Of a DNA stretch of 64,000 nucleotides, positions 31,279 through 42,785 are shown one piece after another. Source of the stretch: Pseudomonadota bacterium (GTDB taxonomy: Bacteria; Pseudomonadota; Alphaproteobacteria; Rhizobiales; CBDHHC01); assembly GCA_039033475.1 (NCBI GenBank), contig JBCCCO010000005.1, forward strand, positions 2,106-66,105. Reading direction: 5' to 3'. Position 1 is the first letter of the stretch. Every line of letters begins with the position of its first letter. The notes under the pieces were generated by a model. The model saw nothing but the letters and a program-made list of their open reading frames with translations. It did no database searches and was not told where the DNA came from. The translations under genes were made by a program, and so were the position numbers.

Positions 31279-32589
31279 TTATAAAATGAACTTTGACATA
31301 TCTGAGTTTTCTATCAAATCACCGATGTGCTCTTTGACATAGGCTTCATCGACAATGACTTTTTCGCCAGGTTTGTCGGTTGCCTCAAAGGATATTTCAT
31401 CTAGTACTCGTTCCATCACCGTCATAAGCCGTCTGGCCCCGATGTTTTCGATATTTGCGTTAACATCTACCGCGATATTTGCAAGGGCTTCGATGCCATC
31501 GTCGGTGAATTCCATTTCTACATTTTCTGTTTTCATGAGCTCTATATATTGTTTTATCAGGCTAGCTTTAGGCTCAATTAGGATGCGGCGGAAATCTTCT
31601 TTCGTGAGGGCGCGTAATGTCACGCGGATTGGGAGGCGGCCTTGGAGTTCTGGTAATAGATCAGAGGGTTTGGCCACATGAAATGCGCCAGAAGCAATGA
31701 ACAGGATATGGTCGGTTTTGACCTGGCCATATTTGGTGCTAACCGTCGTGCCTTCAATGAGAGGTAAAAGGTCACGCTGTACGCCTTCACGGCTGACATC
31801 TCCACCAACACGTTCTGAGCGCGCTGAGATTTTGTCGATTTCATCCAAGAAGACAATGCCTTTGTTTTCGACGGTGTCAATGGCTTCTTGTACAATCTGA
31901 TCCTCATCAATGAGTTTGTCTGATTCTTCGGCTATTAAGCTCTCGTAACTGTCTTTGATGGTGATTTTTCGGGTTTTGGTTTTTTGGTTAAAGGCTTTGC
32001 CGAACATATCGTTGAGGTTGATCATGCCAACCTGGCTGCCTGGCATTCCCGGTATTTCGAAGCTTGGCATACCGCCGTTTCCGGTATCTGCCATTTCGAT
32101 TTCAATTTCTTTGTCATCGAGTTCGTTTTCTCGCAGTTTTTTACGGAATGCTTCCCTGGTGGAAGGGCTTGCATCTGCTCCAACGAGAGCATTAAGCACA
32201 CGTTCTTCTGCATTAATGTGGGCTTTTGCGCGAACTTCACTGTGCTTTTGGTCGCGCACGAGACTCATGCTGACTTCCATTAAATCGCGTATAATTTGCT
32301 CAACATCGCGGCCTACGTATCCAACTTCAGTAAATTTTGTGGCCTCGACTTTGGCAAAAGGTGCATTGGCGAGTTTTGCCAATCTTCTTGAGATTTCTGT
32401 TTTGCCAACGCCGGTTGGCCCGATCATGAGAATGTTTTTTGGCAGAACTTCTTCACGCATTTCATCATCAAGTTGTAAACGGCGCCAGCGGTTTCGCAGT
32501 GCAATGGCAACAGCGCGCTTGGCATCTTTTTGGCCGATGATATAGCGGTCTAGTTCAGAGACGATTTCGCGGGGGGAGAAGTTGGTCAT
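31279..32589 (-). CDS. hslU: ATP-dependent protease ATPase subunit HslU
   Basis: The ORF is 436 aa with Walker [10 protein letters not shown]. Confidence 0.97.
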   Translation of the reverse strand: MTNFSPREIVSELDRYIIGQKDAKRAVAIALRNRWRRLQLDDEMREEVLPKNILMIGPTGVGKTEISRRLAKLANAPFAKVEATKFTEVGYVGRDVEQIIRDLMEVSMSLVRDQKHSEVRAKAHINAEERVLNALVGADASPSTREAFRKKLRENELDDKEIEIEMADTGNGGMPSFEIPGMPGSQVGMINLNDMFGKAFNQKTKTRKITIKDSYESLIAEESDKLIDEDQIVQEAIDTVENKGIVFLDEIDKISARSERVGGDVSREGVQRDLLPLIEGTTVSTKYGQVKTDHILFIASGAFHVAKPSDLLPELQGRLPIRVTLRALTKEDFRRILIEPKASLIKQYIELMKTENVEMEFTDDGIEALANIAVDVNANIENIGARRLMTVMERVLDEISFEATDKPGEKVIVDEAYVKEHIGDLIENSDMSKFIL

Positions 32590-32633
32590 AGGTTTTGCTT
32601 CTGTGTTGAATGATTTACTGGGGTGCGTGATTT

Positions 32634-33191
32634 TTAAAGTGTTTCAATGGTAAGATTTTCATTTGTATAGACGCAAATATCAGCGGCAATTTTCATTGCT
32701 TTTCTGGCTATTGTTTCGGGGCCATGGTCGGTATCAATCAAGGCCTTGGCGGCGGCTTGTGCATAATTTCCGCCAGAGCCGATGCCGATAACGCTGTCTT
32801 CAGGCTCTAGCACGTCTCCTGTGCCTGTTAAAACAAGCGTGTTGGATTTGTCGGCAACGATCATCATGGCTTCTAGGCGTCTGAGATATCTGTCTGTGCG
32901 CCAGTCTTTGGCAAGCTCCACACATGCTCTGACCAATTGTTCAGGATATTGTTCCAGTTTGGATTCTAAGCGTTCAAAAAGCGTGAAGGCATCGGCTGTG
33001 GCACCGGCAAATCCTGAAATTACATCGCCCTTGCCTAAGGTACGTACTTTTTTGGCATTTCCTTTGATGACTGTATCGCCAAGACTGACCTGGCCATCTC
33101 CTGCAATAACGATTTTTTCGTCTTTGCGGACGGCTAAAATTGTTGTGCCATGCCATATGGGGATGTTGTTGTGAGAAGCGGGTGTTGTCAT
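32634..33191 (-). CDS. hslV: ATP-dependent protease subunit HslV
   Basis: The ORF is 185 aa with an HGTTILAV N-terminal nucleophile region. Confidence 0.97.
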   Translation of the reverse strand: MTTPASHNNIPIWHGTTILAVRKDEKIVIAGDGQVSLGDTVIKGNAKKVRTLGKGDVISGFAGATADAFTLFERLESKLEQYPEQLVRACVELAKDWRTDRYLRRLEAMMIVADKSNTLVLTGTGDVLEPEDSVIGIGSGGNYAQAAAKALIDTDHGPETIARKAMKIAADICVYTNENLTIETL

Positions 33192-33400
33192 TAATCGCCT
33201 TACTGTCTTCTATCGTTGTAATGTTTTATTCTTTTTGTCGAATTGTTTGTGTTGTTGAATGGTTCTTAAAAGAAATATATTACTTTTTTAAACTTTACAT
33301 GTTGTATTGTCTAAATATTTTTCGGTATATAGTCACGAATTTATTTTATTAAAGGCTGTGGAATTTAGATTGAGACATTTATTTGGGTTAAGACATTTCT

Positions 33401-33994
33401 ATGCGCACTGCTGATATATCGCGAAAAACTCAAGAAACCAACATTCAAGTGTCTGTGAATTTAGATGGTTCCGGGCAATATACGGTTGATACCGGTATTG
33501 GTTTCTTTGATCATATGTTGGAGCAACTTGCTCGCCATTCCCTTATTGATATCACTGTTAAAGCAGTGGGAGATTTGCATATTGATATGCATCATACGGT
33601 TGAGGATGTGGGCATTGCGCTGGGCCAAGCGTTTGATAAAGCCTTAGGTGATAAAAAGGGGATTACCCGTTATGCTTCAGCATATTTGCCGATGGATGAG
33701 GCTCTAACGCGGTTGAGTTTGGATGTATCGGGTCGGCCTTATCTGGTCTGGCATGTTGCATTTTCGCAAGGCAAAATTGGTGAGATGGATACCGAGTTGT
33801 TTCGTGAGTGGTTTCATGCTTTTGCGCAAAATGCTTATCTTACATTGCATGTTGAGACGCTTTATGGTGAAAATAACCATCACATTGCAGAGAGCTGTTT
33901 TAAGGCATTAGCGCGTTCCCTTAAAAGTGCTATTGCTGTCGATGAACGGCAGAAAAATAAGATTCCATCGACCAAGGGTCGATTGGGTGCGTAG
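33401..33994 (+). CDS. hisB: Imidazoleglycerol-phosphate dehydratase
   Basis: The ORF is 197 aa with the [11 protein letters not shown] and HH..E motifs. Confidence 0.95.
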   Translation: MRTADISRKTQETNIQVSVNLDGSGQYTVDTGIGFFDHMLEQLARHSLIDITVKAVGDLHIDMHHTVEDVGIALGQAFDKALGDKKGITRYASAYLPMDEALTRLSLDVSGRPYLVWHVAFSQGKIGEMDTELFREWFHAFAQNAYLTLHVETLYGENNHHIAESCFKALARSLKSAIAVDERQKNKIPSTKGRLGA

Positions 33995-34004
33995 GTTTTA
34001 GGTT

Positions 34005-34514
34005 ATGACAAGTTATACCATTTTTCAGCCTCCGGTTCCGGCGCTTGACTCCGTTTCGCGTTCTGATGAACTTGTGTTTGTTAAAGAGGGATTTTCTTGG
34101 GCTGCTTTTTTGATCCCCCTGATTTGGCTGGTGTATCACAGAGTATGGATTGGGCTGGGGCTCATGCTTGCCATAAGTATTGTTATCAATGTTATTTTTG
34201 AATCGCTTCGTAGTCCTGAGATTTATGCAACTTTGGCTTTTTTGGCGATCTCGCTTATTGTTGCCTTTGAAGGCAATGCTATGCGCCGGTGGCAGTTAAG
34301 CCGTAGAGATTATCGTTTGATCGGTGTTGTATCTGGACGTAATTTGAGCGAGTGTGAAGAGATTTTCTTTCGGATACATGGTGATGAAATTCTTGCTGAG
34401 CCTGCTGATTCCAGCCAAGACATGGGCCAAACGCTTTCCTTGCCTTTAATGCCCGGTTCTTCTTCTAAACCTTCGTCGTTGCATGATGAGCAAATCAAGA
34501 CTTCCTGGATATGA
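34005..34514 (+). CDS. DUF2628-like small membrane protein embedded in the his operon
   Basis: The ORF is 169 aa with two TM segments. Its stop overlaps the hisH ATG (ATGA). Confidence 0.6.
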   Translation: MTSYTIFQPPVPALDSVSRSDELVFVKEGFSWAAFLIPLIWLVYHRVWIGLGLMLAISIVINVIFESLRSPEIYATLAFLAISLIVAFEGNAMRRWQLSRRDYRLIGVVSGRNLSECEEIFFRIHGDEILAEPADSSQDMGQTLSLPLMPGSSSKPSSLHDEQIKTSWI

Positions 34515-35161
34515 GTGTTGTTATTATTGATTATGGGTCTGGTAATTTGCACTCAGCGCTAAAGGCGTTTGAGCGCGCCGCATCAGATGCAGGTTTGCAG
34601 ACTTCAATCCAGCTTACAACACGCCCTGAAGATGTGCTTGGTGCTGATCGGGTGGTGTTGCCAGGTGTTGGTGCTTTTGCAGATTGTCGTGCTGGTTTGG
34701 AAAATATACCCGGTATGCTCGATGCCTTGGATGAGGCTGTGCGGGTTCAAGCCAAGCCTTTTTTAGGGATATGTGTTGGGATGCAATTAATGGCCCAGCG
34801 CGGTCTGGAGCATGGGCAATGGGATGGTTTTGGCTGGATTGATGGGGAAGTAAGAGCGATTGAACCTTGCGATCCTGATTTGAAGATTCCGCATATGGGC
34901 TGGAATACACTTGATGTTGTCTCTAAACATGAAGTATTGCAGGGCCTTGCAACCGGTGCGCGGGGTCTGCATGGGTATTTTGTGCATTCGTATCATTTTC
35001 GTGCTACAGAGCCTGATGTGGTTGTGGCCGAGGCGGATTATGGTGGGCCTGTAACGGCTATCGTGGCAAAAGAAAATATGATTGGAACTCAGTTTCATCC
35101 AGAAAAAAGCCAGCAGCTTGGGTCGCACTTGATTGAGAATTTTTTGCGCTGGGCGCCATAA
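34511..35161 (+). CDS. hisH: Imidazole glycerol phosphate synthase, glutaminase subunit
   Basis: The ORF is 216 aa with LPGVGAF, GICVGMQ and a C-terminal FHPEKS. Confidence 0.95.
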   Translation: MSVVIIDYGSGNLHSALKAFERAASDAGLQTSIQLTTRPEDVLGADRVVLPGVGAFADCRAGLENIPGMLDALDEAVRVQAKPFLGICVGMQLMAQRGLEHGQWDGFGWIDGEVRAIEPCDPDLKIPHMGWNTLDVVSKHEVLQGLATGARGLHGYFVHSYHFRATEPDVVVAEADYGGPVTAIVAKENMIGTQFHPEKSQQLGSHLIENFLRWAP

Positions 35162-35179
35162 AAAACGAAGTGATTGAAG

Positions 35180-35917
35180 ATGATTTTATTTCCTGCAATT
35201 GATCTTAAAGATGGCCAGTGTGTTCGGCTCAAGCTGGGTGACATGGAGCAGGCCACAGTGTTTCATGATGACCCGGTGGAACAAGCCCGTCATTTTCAAG
35301 CGCAAGGGTTTAAATATTTGCATATTGTAGATTTGAACGGTGCGTTTGCGGGCAAACCTGTTCATGGAGATGTTGTTGAGAATATTGTTAGCGCTCTTTC
35401 AATACCAGCCCAATTGGGCGGCGGTATTCGGGATTTCGAGACCATTGAGATGTGGCTGGCAAAAGGGGTAGCGCGGGTTATTCTTGGCACTGTTGCGGTG
35501 CGTGATCCAGAACTGGTACGCCGGGCGTGCCAAGCTTTTCCTGGGCAGATTGCCGTTGGTATTGATGCTAAAGGCGGATACGTTGCTGTTGAGGGCTGGG
35601 CTGAGACTTCTGAATTAAGCGCGATTGAGTTGGCAAAGCGTTTTGAAGATGCTGGGGTGTCGGCTCTGATTTATACAGATATTGACCGGGATGGTGTGCT
35701 TAAAGGTTTAAATATAGACGCAACCTTGGCACTCGCCCATAGTGTTTCTATTCCTGTGATTGCTTCGGGGGGATTGGCTTCTATTGATGATGTGAAACGG
35801 TTGCTAGAGCCAGATTGTGCGATTTTAGAGGGAGCTATTTCAGGCCGGGCGCTTTATGATGGGCGGCTTGATGCTGGGGAAGCGTTGGCGTTGATTGAAG
35901 GTTCTCGTGGCTTATAA
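35180..35917 (+). CDS. hisA: ProFAR isomerase
   Basis: N-terminus [15 protein letters not shown] at 35180 is preferred to the TTG at 35174. Confidence 0.95.
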   Translation: MILFPAIDLKDGQCVRLKLGDMEQATVFHDDPVEQARHFQAQGFKYLHIVDLNGAFAGKPVHGDVVENIVSALSIPAQLGGGIRDFETIEMWLAKGVARVILGTVAVRDPELVRRACQAFPGQIAVGIDAKGGYVAVEGWAETSELSAIELAKRFEDAGVSALIYTDIDRDGVLKGLNIDATLALAHSVSIPVIASGGLASIDDVKRLLEPDCAILEGAISGRALYDGRLDAGEALALIEGSRGL

Positions 35918-35920
35918 GAT

Positions 35921-36075
35921 AACCTTAAGTAGGATTAGGGAAATTGCATTTTATATATCAAAACGTGCCACCGTCATTCCCGCGCAAGCGGGAATCTCGG
36001 AAAAGTTGCAATGAGATCCCAGCTTTCGCTGGGATGACGAGGTATTTCATATTTTTCTCATCCATAACTGGGCTT
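35921..36075. repeat. Hairpin-repeat locus R8 between hisA and hisF: inverted C + inverted A, spacer, A + C (overall palindromic doublet)
   Basis: GTCATTCCCGCGCAAGCGGGAATCTC lies at 35973-35998. GAGATCCCAGCTTTCGCTGGGATGACG lies at 36013-36039. Confidence 0.9.
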
Positions 36076-36086
36076 CATATCATATT

Positions 36087-36869
36087 ATGCTAAAAATACG
36101 TGTGATCCCATGTCTTGATGTGAAAGATGGCCGTGTGGTCAAAGGGGTTAATTTTGTTGATTTGATTGATGCGGGTGATCCGGTTGAAGCGGCTATTGCT
36201 TATGATGCTGCGGGGGCTGATGAGCTTTGTTTTTTAGATATAACAGCCAGTCATGAAAACCGTGATACGATTTTTGATGTGGTACAACGTACGGCTGAGC
36301 ATTGTTTTATGCCGCTTACGGTTGGGGGCGGTGTGCGCACCACAGATGATATTCGAAAATTATTGGAAGCTGGTGCTGATAAAGTTTCAATGAATACAGC
36401 AGCGGTTCAAAGACGGGAATTTGTGCGTGAAGGTGCTGAAAAGTTCGGGGCGCAATGTATTGTGGTTGCGATTGATGCAAAACGAGTTTCTGATGAGGGG
36501 CAAGAACCGAAGTGGGAGATTTTTACCCATGGTGGGCGTAAGCCAACTGGTCTTGATGCGATTGAATATGCAAGAGAAGTGGTTGGACTTGGGGCTGGTG
36601 AGATATTATTAACCTCTATGGATCGTGATGGCACGCGTGCTGGGTTTGATTTGCAATTAACACGTGCTATTGGTGATGCTGTGAGTGTGCCTGTGATTGC
36701 TTCTGGCGGTGTTGGCACTCTTGATCATTTGGTTGATGGTGTATTGCATGGCAAGGCAAATGCGGTTTTGGCGGCCTCTATCTTTCATTTTGGCGATTAC
36801 ACCATTGGTCAGGCCAAGCAGCATATGGCACAACAGGGCATTCCAGTGCGATTAGATGGATTGAGTTAG
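36087..36869 (+). CDS. hisF: Imidazole glycerol phosphate synthase, cyclase subunit
   Basis: The ORF is 260 aa with [16 protein letters not shown]. Confidence 0.96.
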   Translation: MLKIRVIPCLDVKDGRVVKGVNFVDLIDAGDPVEAAIAYDAAGADELCFLDITASHENRDTIFDVVQRTAEHCFMPLTVGGGVRTTDDIRKLLEAGADKVSMNTAAVQRREFVREGAEKFGAQCIVVAIDAKRVSDEGQEPKWEIFTHGGRKPTGLDAIEYAREVVGLGAGEILLTSMDRDGTRAGFDLQLTRAIGDAVSVPVIASGGVGTLDHLVDGVLHGKANAVLAASIFHFGDYTIGQAKQHMAQQGIPVRLDGLS

Positions 36870-36875
36870 CTTTTC

Positions 36876-37199
36876 ATGGATCTTGATATTTTACAAAAAC
36901 TTGTACGCATTATTGATGATCGCAAAGAGGCTACTGAGGATGTATCTTACACAAAGCAGTTGCTAAATGCAGGACCTGAAAGGTGTGCTAAAAAGCTAGG
37001 TGAAGAGGCTGTTGAAACCGTTATTGCTCTCGTTGCCCAAGATGATGATGCACTAAAAGCTGAAGCGGCTGATTTGCTGTATCATTTGTTGGTGGCTCTG
37101 GCATGTCGCAATATTGCTCTAGAGGATGTGCTTGGCCTTCTAGAGCAGCGCATGGGTGTTTCGGGACTGGATGAAAAAGCTGCGCGAACACGTGGTTAA
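36876..37199 (+). CDS. hisE: Phosphoribosyl-ATP pyrophosphatase
   Basis: The ORF is 107 aa with SYTxxLL..G......KLGEEA.E. Confidence 0.9.
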   Translation: MDLDILQKLVRIIDDRKEATEDVSYTKQLLNAGPERCAKKLGEEAVETVIALVAQDDDALKAEAADLLYHLLVALACRNIALEDVLGLLEQRMGVSGLDEKAARTRG

Positions 37200-37221
37200 T
37201 ATATAGCAAATACTTAAGATT

Positions 37222-38196
37222 ATGGCCCTTGTTGTTGAAAATATAATAAAACAAGACGATCTCGAATTTTCTCCTTACAAGACTTTTTCACGAGCAGAAT
37301 GGGCATGTTTGCGCGCTGATACCCCGATGACATTGGATGAGGGTGACCTGGAAAAACTCAGTGGTTTGACCGAGCAGGTTTCCATGGATGAGGTCGTTAC
37401 GATTTATTTGGCGTTATCGCGGTTGCTTAATCTTTATGTGGAAGGTTCGCAGGCGCTGCATTTGGCGACATCGCAATTTCTTAGTCAAAATGATCATAAG
37501 GTGCCGTTTATTATCGGCATCGGGGGCTCTGTTTCTGCTGGAAAAAGTACGACGGCTCGTGTGTTGCAAGCTTTGCTAGCTAGGTGGCCATCGCACCCAC
37601 GTGTTGATTTGGTGCCAACGGATGGTTTTTTGTATCCCAATTCAGTTTTGCAAAGCCGGGATCTCATGACCAAAAAGGGGTTTCCGCAAAGTTTTGATCG
37701 CCATACTTTGCTACGTTTTTTAGCGGATATCAAGGCGGGCAAACGGTATGTGGAAGCACCGGTTTATTCGCATTTTCACTATGATATTGTGCCTGATGAA
37801 ACGATTGTGGTGGATCAACCGGATATTCTGATTGTTGAGGGGCTTAATGTGTTACAGCCTGCACGGTTGCCCAAAGATGGTAAGGAAATTCCGTTTGTTT
37901 CTGATTTCTTTGACTTTTCGATTTATATCGATGCAGATATTGATTTGTTAGAGCAATGGTATGTGGCGCGTTTTTTACGTTTGCGCGAGACAGCTTTTCG
38001 TGATCCAAAGGCTTATTTTCATAGATACTCTAAGTTAATCAATGCAGACGCTATTGAAACGGCAAGTGATATATGGAATGAAATCAACCTGCCAAATTTG
38101 AAAAAAAATATCTTGCCGACGCGCCAGCGGGCTTCTTTGATCCTTAAAAAGGGAGCCTTCCATAATGCGGTCTCTGTTGATTTACGCAAATTGTGA
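37222..38196 (+). CDS. coaA: Type I pantothenate kinase
   Basis: The ORF is 324 aa with P-loop GSVSAGKST. Confidence 0.93.
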   Translation: MALVVENIIKQDDLEFSPYKTFSRAEWACLRADTPMTLDEGDLEKLSGLTEQVSMDEVVTIYLALSRLLNLYVEGSQALHLATSQFLSQNDHKVPFIIGIGGSVSAGKSTTARVLQALLARWPSHPRVDLVPTDGFLYPNSVLQSRDLMTKKGFPQSFDRHTLLRFLADIKAGKRYVEAPVYSHFHYDIVPDETIVVDQPDILIVEGLNVLQPARLPKDGKEIPFVSDFFDFSIYIDADIDLLEQWYVARFLRLRETAFRDPKAYFHRYSKLINADAIETASDIWNEINLPNLKKNILPTRQRASLILKKGAFHNAVSVDLRKL

Positions 38197-38209
38197 TTGA
38201 TAGTATTTT

Positions 38210-38740
38210 TTACGTGTTTTTGGCGTCTTCTATGGCTTTTTGAATTGTTTCCTTGGCTTCATTTGCATTGCCCCAGCGCTCAATTTTAACCCATTTGTTG
38301 TTTTCCAGGTCTTTGTAATGTTCGAAAAAATGAGCTATACGTTGTAATAAGATATCTGGTAAATCACTGATATCTTTCGTTTTTTCATACATAGGTGAGA
38401 CTTTTGGTGATGGGACCGCAATAATCTTTTCATCCCCTCCACCTTCATCTGACATGATGAGAACGCCAATGGGTTTACAGTTTATAATGGCACCTGGAAT
38501 AAGAGGGCGTTGATTGGGAATAAGCACATCTATAGGATCGCCATCGGCTGATAGAGTATGGGGTACAAAGCCATAATTTCCTGGATAGGTCATGGCAGTG
38601 TATAAAAAGCGGTCCACAAACATAGTGCCAGAGGCTTTGTCCATTTCGTATTTGATTGGTTCGCCCCCTATGGGAACCTCGATCGCAACATTTATGTCTT
38701 CTGGTGGATTATCTCCAATAGGGATTGCATCTATGCGCAT
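38210..38740 (-). CDS. ppa: Inorganic pyrophosphatase
   Basis: The ORF is 176 aa with the family I PPase motifs (YPGNYGF.P.T...DGDP.DVL). Confidence 0.95.
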   Translation of the reverse strand: MRIDAIPIGDNPPEDINVAIEVPIGGEPIKYEMDKASGTMFVDRFLYTAMTYPGNYGFVPHTLSADGDPIDVLIPNQRPLIPGAIINCKPIGVLIMSDEGGGDEKIIAVPSPKVSPMYEKTKDISDLPDILLQRIAHFFEHYKDLENNKWVKIERWGNANEAKETIQKAIEDAKNT

Positions 38741-38835
38741 GTGCTGCCTTTCATGATCAAATATTGTGATGTGTTAGAGGTTGTGTTGGGATTATTGTTT
38801 ATTCGGTTTAGAATGATCTTACTTTATATACATAT

Positions 38836-38957
38836 AAAATCACCCAGAGATCCCCGCTTTCGCGGAGATGAAGATGGGTGATTTTTTGAGATTCCCGCTT
38901 TCGCGGGAATGACCAACCGAGAGTATCTTAAAATATAAATCATGTTGGATTGGATCT
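38836..38957. repeat. Hairpin-repeat locus R9: extended hairpin (outer 10-bp stem around an A-type core, then a T-run), A hairpin, D tail
   Basis: AAATCACCCA (38837-46) pairs with TGGGTGATTT (38875-84) around GAGATCCCCGCTTTCGCGGAGATGAAG. GAGATTCCCGCTTTCGCGGGAATGAC lies at 38888-38913. Confidence 0.85.
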
Positions 38958-39004
38958 ATATCCCAAGCTTTTTGTTTTGGAAGGTAACTAAAATCTAATC
39001 TGAA

Positions 39005-39448
39005 TTATTTCACTTGCTGGAAAGCTTGCGTTGTTGCCGTATTAAAAGATTTCGCGGTATCGGCTGTGATTTTGCTTGAGATTTCGTAAATCTCTTTTGA
39101 TTGTTCGCTTAGCTTTTCAAATTGTTGCTTCATAAATTCTGCTTGAATTTGTGCAGCTTCTGGAACAGATTTGGTTTGCAAAATCGCTTCTGCAACTGCA
39201 AATGCAGCTTTGGTATTCTCTGATGTTTGCGCAATTAGTGTATCTGCAATCTCTTTTGTGCCTTGTTGCGCAGTCGTGTAGACGTCTTCAAATGCTTTGG
39301 TGGCATCTTCTGTCATTTCAGAAAACTTTGAATATGCATCACGTGTCTTGTTCATGTTTTCTTCCATTGCTTTTTGAACACCTTCTGGCATAACCATTTC
39401 TTGTGTTTTTTTAATCATTTCTTCAGCTTGTTTGGCATATTCTTGCAT
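39005..39448 (-). CDS. Phasin family protein (PHA granule-associated)
   Basis: This is a 147-aa all-helical, Ala/Glu/Lys/Gln-rich protein. ATG at 39448 is preceded by GGAG, whereas the ORF-track start at 39460 is TTG. Confidence 0.7.
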   Translation of the reverse strand: MQEYAKQAEEMIKKTQEMVMPEGVQKAMEENMNKTRDAYSKFSEMTEDATKAFEDVYTTAQQGTKEIADTLIAQTSENTKAAFAVAEAILQTKSVPEAAQIQAEFMKQQFEKLSEQSKEIYEISSKITADTAKSFNTATTQAFQQVK

Positions 39449-39518
39449 TTTCGTCTCCAATATTGCTCAATGTGTGGGATGATGTGAAAACTATATATAA
39501 ATATATAAAGTTAATTTT

Positions 39519-39549
39519 GTTGCAATGCAACATATTTTTTGCAGTGCAA
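39519..39549 (-). promoter_or_regulatory. Two TTGCA-N-TGCAA palindromes upstream of the phasin gene (candidate PhaR-type operator)
   Basis: GTTGCAATGCAAC lies at 39519-39531 and TTGCAGTGCAA at 39539-39549, with centres 19 bp apart, about 70-100 nt upstream of the phasin start. Confidence 0.35.
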
Positions 39550-39575
39550 TAAAATATTCATTTCTCCTGATTTTG

Positions 39576-41414
39576 TTAAAGTGCAGCTGCTTTTTTTTCA
39601 GCCTTTTTGCGCTCGTTAGGATCAAGATATTTTTTACGCAACCTTATGGACTCTGGGGTAATTTCAACCAGTTCATCGTCGTTGATATACGATAAAGCTT
39701 TTTCCAAAGACAGTCTTATTGGTGGGGTTAACGCAACGGCGTCATCTTTTCCAGCGGCTCTGACATTAGTCAATTTTTTACCTTTGAGGACATTTACTTC
39801 TAAATCATTACCTCTGGAATGTTCACCAACAATCATGCCTTGATACACTTTGGTTTGCGGCTTAATCATGAGGGGGCCGCGGTCTTCGAGATTCCATAGC
39901 GCATAGGCTACGGCCTCTCCTTGAGAGTTGGCAATCAGAACGCCGGTGTGGCGGCCTTGAATTTGGCCTTTATGTTCGGCCCAATCGTGAAAGACCCGGT
40001 TCATTATGGCTGTGCCCCGGGTGTCTGATAATAGCTCGCCATGGTATCCGATTAGACCTCTTGTTGGCACATGGAGGACCAAACGTTGGCGTCCACCGCC
40101 AGAGGGTTTCATCTCGATTAATTCACCTTTGCGTTCGGATAGTTTTTGCACAATTGTGCCGGTGAATTCTTCATCCACGTCGATTGTAACTTCTTCAATC
40201 GGCTCTGAAGGCTTTTTGCTAGCCTCATCAGTTTTCATGACAACACGGGGCCTTGATACGGTGAGTTCAAAGCCTTCACGGCGCATGGTTTCTATCAGAA
40301 TAGAGAGTTGTAATTCTCCGCGTCCTGAAACTTTAAAGGCGTCTTTGTCATCTGTTTGTTCGACTTTAAGGGCGATGTTGCCTTCAGCTTCTTGTTGCAA
40401 GCGGTCCCATATCACGCGGCTTTGAACCTTGCTGCCTTCCTGTCCGGCTAATGGGCCATCGTTAATGCGAAACAGCATGGATAGAGTTGGTGGATCAATG
40501 GGTTGTGCTGGGAGTGCCGTTTCAACGGATAGCTCGCAAATGGTGTTTGACACAGTGGCTTTGGCTAACCCTGATATGGCGATAATATCTCCGGCGCTGC
40601 CTACTTCTATCGGTTCTCTTTCAAGGCCCCTGAAGCCAAGCACTTTAGAAATTCGGCCTTGCTCCACGATTTCATTGTTTCGCGATAGCGCTTTTACTTG
40701 CATGTTAGGTTTTATGCTGCCTGAGGTGATGCGGCCAGTGATGATGCGGCCTAAGAAAGAATCAGATTCTGTTGTGGTGGCGAGCATTTGAAATGGAGCG
40801 TCCTGATTAACATCTGGTAGGGTGACATGGCTTAGCACCAAATCCAAAAGCGGGGCCATGGTGTCTTTGGGGCCTGTTGGTTCGTTAGACATCCAGCCTT
40901 GTTTTGCTGAGCCATAGAGAATTGGGAAATCAAGCTGTTCTTCATTGGCTTCAAGAATGGCAAATAAATCGAAGACTTCATCGACCACGTCTTCATGACG
41001 CTCTTCTGGTTTGTCAATTTTGTTGATGGCAACTATTGGCTTCAGGCCGATGTTCAATGCTTTGGAGACCACGAATTTTGTTTGTGGCATAGGGCCTTCG
41101 GCAGCATCAACCAAGACAATTGCTCCATCTACCATGTTGAGTATGCGCTCTACCTCGCCACTGAAATCGGCATGGCCTGGGGTATCGATGATGTTAATGC
41201 GGGTGTCTTTCCATAAGATGCTGGTGCATTTGGCAAGAATGGTGATACCGCGTTCGCGCTCTAAGTCGTTTGAATCCATTGCTCGCTCGCTGACTTTTTG
41301 ATTGTCGCGAAACGTGCCAGATTGTTTTAGCAGCACATCAATGAGGGTGGTTTTGCCATGGTCGACGTGCGCGATGATAGCAATGTTTCGTATGTTGTTT
41401 GCCGGTTGGGACAT
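39576..41414 (-). CDS. typA: Translational GTPase TypA/BipA
   Basis: The ORF is 612 aa with [10 protein letters not shown] and DTPGHADF. Confidence 0.96.
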   Translation of the reverse strand: MSQPANNIRNIAIIAHVDHGKTTLIDVLLKQSGTFRDNQKVSERAMDSNDLERERGITILAKCTSILWKDTRINIIDTPGHADFSGEVERILNMVDGAIVLVDAAEGPMPQTKFVVSKALNIGLKPIVAINKIDKPEERHEDVVDEVFDLFAILEANEEQLDFPILYGSAKQGWMSNEPTGPKDTMAPLLDLVLSHVTLPDVNQDAPFQMLATTTESDSFLGRIITGRITSGSIKPNMQVKALSRNNEIVEQGRISKVLGFRGLEREPIEVGSAGDIIAISGLAKATVSNTICELSVETALPAQPIDPPTLSMLFRINDGPLAGQEGSKVQSRVIWDRLQQEAEGNIALKVEQTDDKDAFKVSGRGELQLSILIETMRREGFELTVSRPRVVMKTDEASKKPSEPIEEVTIDVDEEFTGTIVQKLSERKGELIEMKPSGGGRQRLVLHVPTRGLIGYHGELLSDTRGTAIMNRVFHDWAEHKGQIQGRHTGVLIANSQGEAVAYALWNLEDRGPLMIKPQTKVYQGMIVGEHSRGNDLEVNVLKGKKLTNVRAAGKDDAVALTPPIRLSLEKALSYINDDELVEITPESIRLRKKYLDPNERKKAEKKAAAL

Positions 41415-41494
41415 GAGCTTTTTGTTATTCCGATTTGTGTGTTATTTTTCAATTTGGTTTTGACGTAACACAGAAATTTGGGTGTGGCTATTTC

Positions 41495-42127
41495 TTAATA
41501 AATAAGTACAGGGCTTTTGTGAATGTAGGCCGTATCATCGATTTGATTGATTAAGAAATCTGCCACATCAGCGCGGCTGATAAAACCGATTTTCCATTTT
41601 TTCTTTTCGGTTAAGACTTGGTAGGTTTTCTTGGCAGGCAATCGGGTGAGGATGCCGGGGCGAACGATGGTCCAATCAAGGGTGCTGTTTTGGATATGGT
41701 CTTCTTCGCGGGTTTTATCGTCGTATATGGTGCCCAAGAAAAAGGGGCGCAGCATTTTGGTGATGAAAATATTTCCTGAATTTTTACTCTCTCCTGCGCC
41801 TAATCCTGTGACAGAGATGAGACGTTTGACACCATGGTTTTGCATGGCTTTGATGACAACTTGAATGCTGTCTGAAAATAATGTGACATCTTGAAAGGTC
41901 GGAGATATGCCAAGGGTTGTGATGACCGCATTGCATCCTGTGATTGCTTCATTTATGGCAACTTCATCTGTAGCACTTGCACTGATAGGGACAAGATTTG
42001 GGTTGCTGATTTCAATGTGTTCTGCTGAACGGGCAAGGGCTCGTACTTTATGGCCGGCTTCAAGAGCTTGTTTTATGGTTTCCAGGCCGACGCCTTTGCT
42101 TGCGCCTATGATGAGAACAGTTGCCAT
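41495..42127 (-). CDS. NAD(P)H-binding (atypical SDR / NmrA-like) protein
   Basis: The ORF is 210 aa with an N-terminal Rossmann motif IIGASKGVG. Confidence 0.7.
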   Translation of the reverse strand: MATVLIIGASKGVGLETIKQALEAGHKVRALARSAEHIEISNPNLVPISASATDEVAINEAITGCNAVITTLGISPTFQDVTLFSDSIQVVIKAMQNHGVKRLISVTGLGAGESKNSGNIFITKMLRPFFLGTIYDDKTREEDHIQNSTLDWTIVRPGILTRLPAKKTYQVLTEKKKWKIGFISRADVADFLINQIDDTAYIHKSPVLIY

Positions 42128-42204
42128 GTTGATGTCTAACCCGATTTAGAAGATATTTTAAAAGGTATGTTGTTCTATGAAAATTCATAAAACAAAAGCC
42201 CCTC

Positions 42205-42355
42205 ATCATCCCGGCCAAGTGCATGCAATGCACGTGAGCAAAGGATCTCTGAAACGTAAAACTATTGATAACCAAAGAGATTCCAGCTTTCGCTGGAATG
42301 ACGGTGGCGCGTTTTGGTGTTTAAAATATACTTTTTCTTATTCATAATTGGGATT
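42205..42355. repeat. Hairpin-repeat locus R10: B extended hairpin, spacer, A hairpin, C tail
   Basis: ATCATCCCGGCCAAGTGCATGCAATGCACGTGAGCAAAGGATCTCTG ... AGAGATTCCAGCTTTCGCTGGAATGAC ... GGTGTTTAAAATATACTTTTTCTTATTCATAATTGGGATT. Confidence 0.9.
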
Positions 42356-42785
42356 ACCCTAGAGCGTTGCGTAGTTTTGTTGCGTGCTCAGCTAAGATGT
42401 CTTGTTCAGCCATTATGCCTGGGGGGCGAAGCTCTACACCTTCTTGTCTTGGTAAAATATGAAAATGGAGATGAAACACTTCTTGGCCTGATGCGGCCTC
42501 ATTAAATTGCTGAATAAGAAGGCCTTGTGCTGCAAAAACTGTTATTGCGGCTTTGCCAATTGTTTTTACAGTCTGAATAACAGCTGTTAAATCGTCTGGA
42601 TTAATATCTAATATGTTACGGCATGGGGCTTTGGGAATAACCAGGGTATGGCCATCGCTGCGTGGCATAATATCCATAAAGGCGAGCACTTTATCTGTTT
42701 CATAAACATTATGACAGGGGATTTCGCCGCGCAGTATTTTTGCAAAGATATTGTCATTCTCATATGTTGCTGTCTTTTCAGTCAT
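42354..42785 (-). CDS. HIT family hydrolase
   Basis: Histidine triad HLHFHILP. The start is taken at MTEKTATYEND (42785), which overlaps the upstream stop by 8 nt. Confidence 0.9.
   Translation of the reverse strand: MTEKTATYENDNIFAKILRGEIPCHNVYETDKVLAFMDIMPRSDGHTLVIPKAPCRNILDINPDDLTAVIQTVKTIGKAAITVFAAQGLLIQQFNEAASGQEVFHLHFHILPRQEGVELRPPGIMAEQDILAEHATKLRNALG

Noticed and set aside
31955-32545. Long antisense ORFs opposite hslU (31955-32545), typA (40006-40791), the metal permeases (61343-62146, 62410-62784) and others
   Set aside because: These are shadow ORFs on the opposite strand of strongly supported genes. Their composition is low-complexity and Ser/Arg/Pro-rich, with no recognisable motifs.
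38836-38913. Treating the A-type hairpins generally as rho-independent terminators
   Set aside because: Most copies lack a following T-tract. Only the extended hairpin at 38837-38884 is followed by a T-run on both strands. A terminator role is left as a hypothesis to test and is not annotated.
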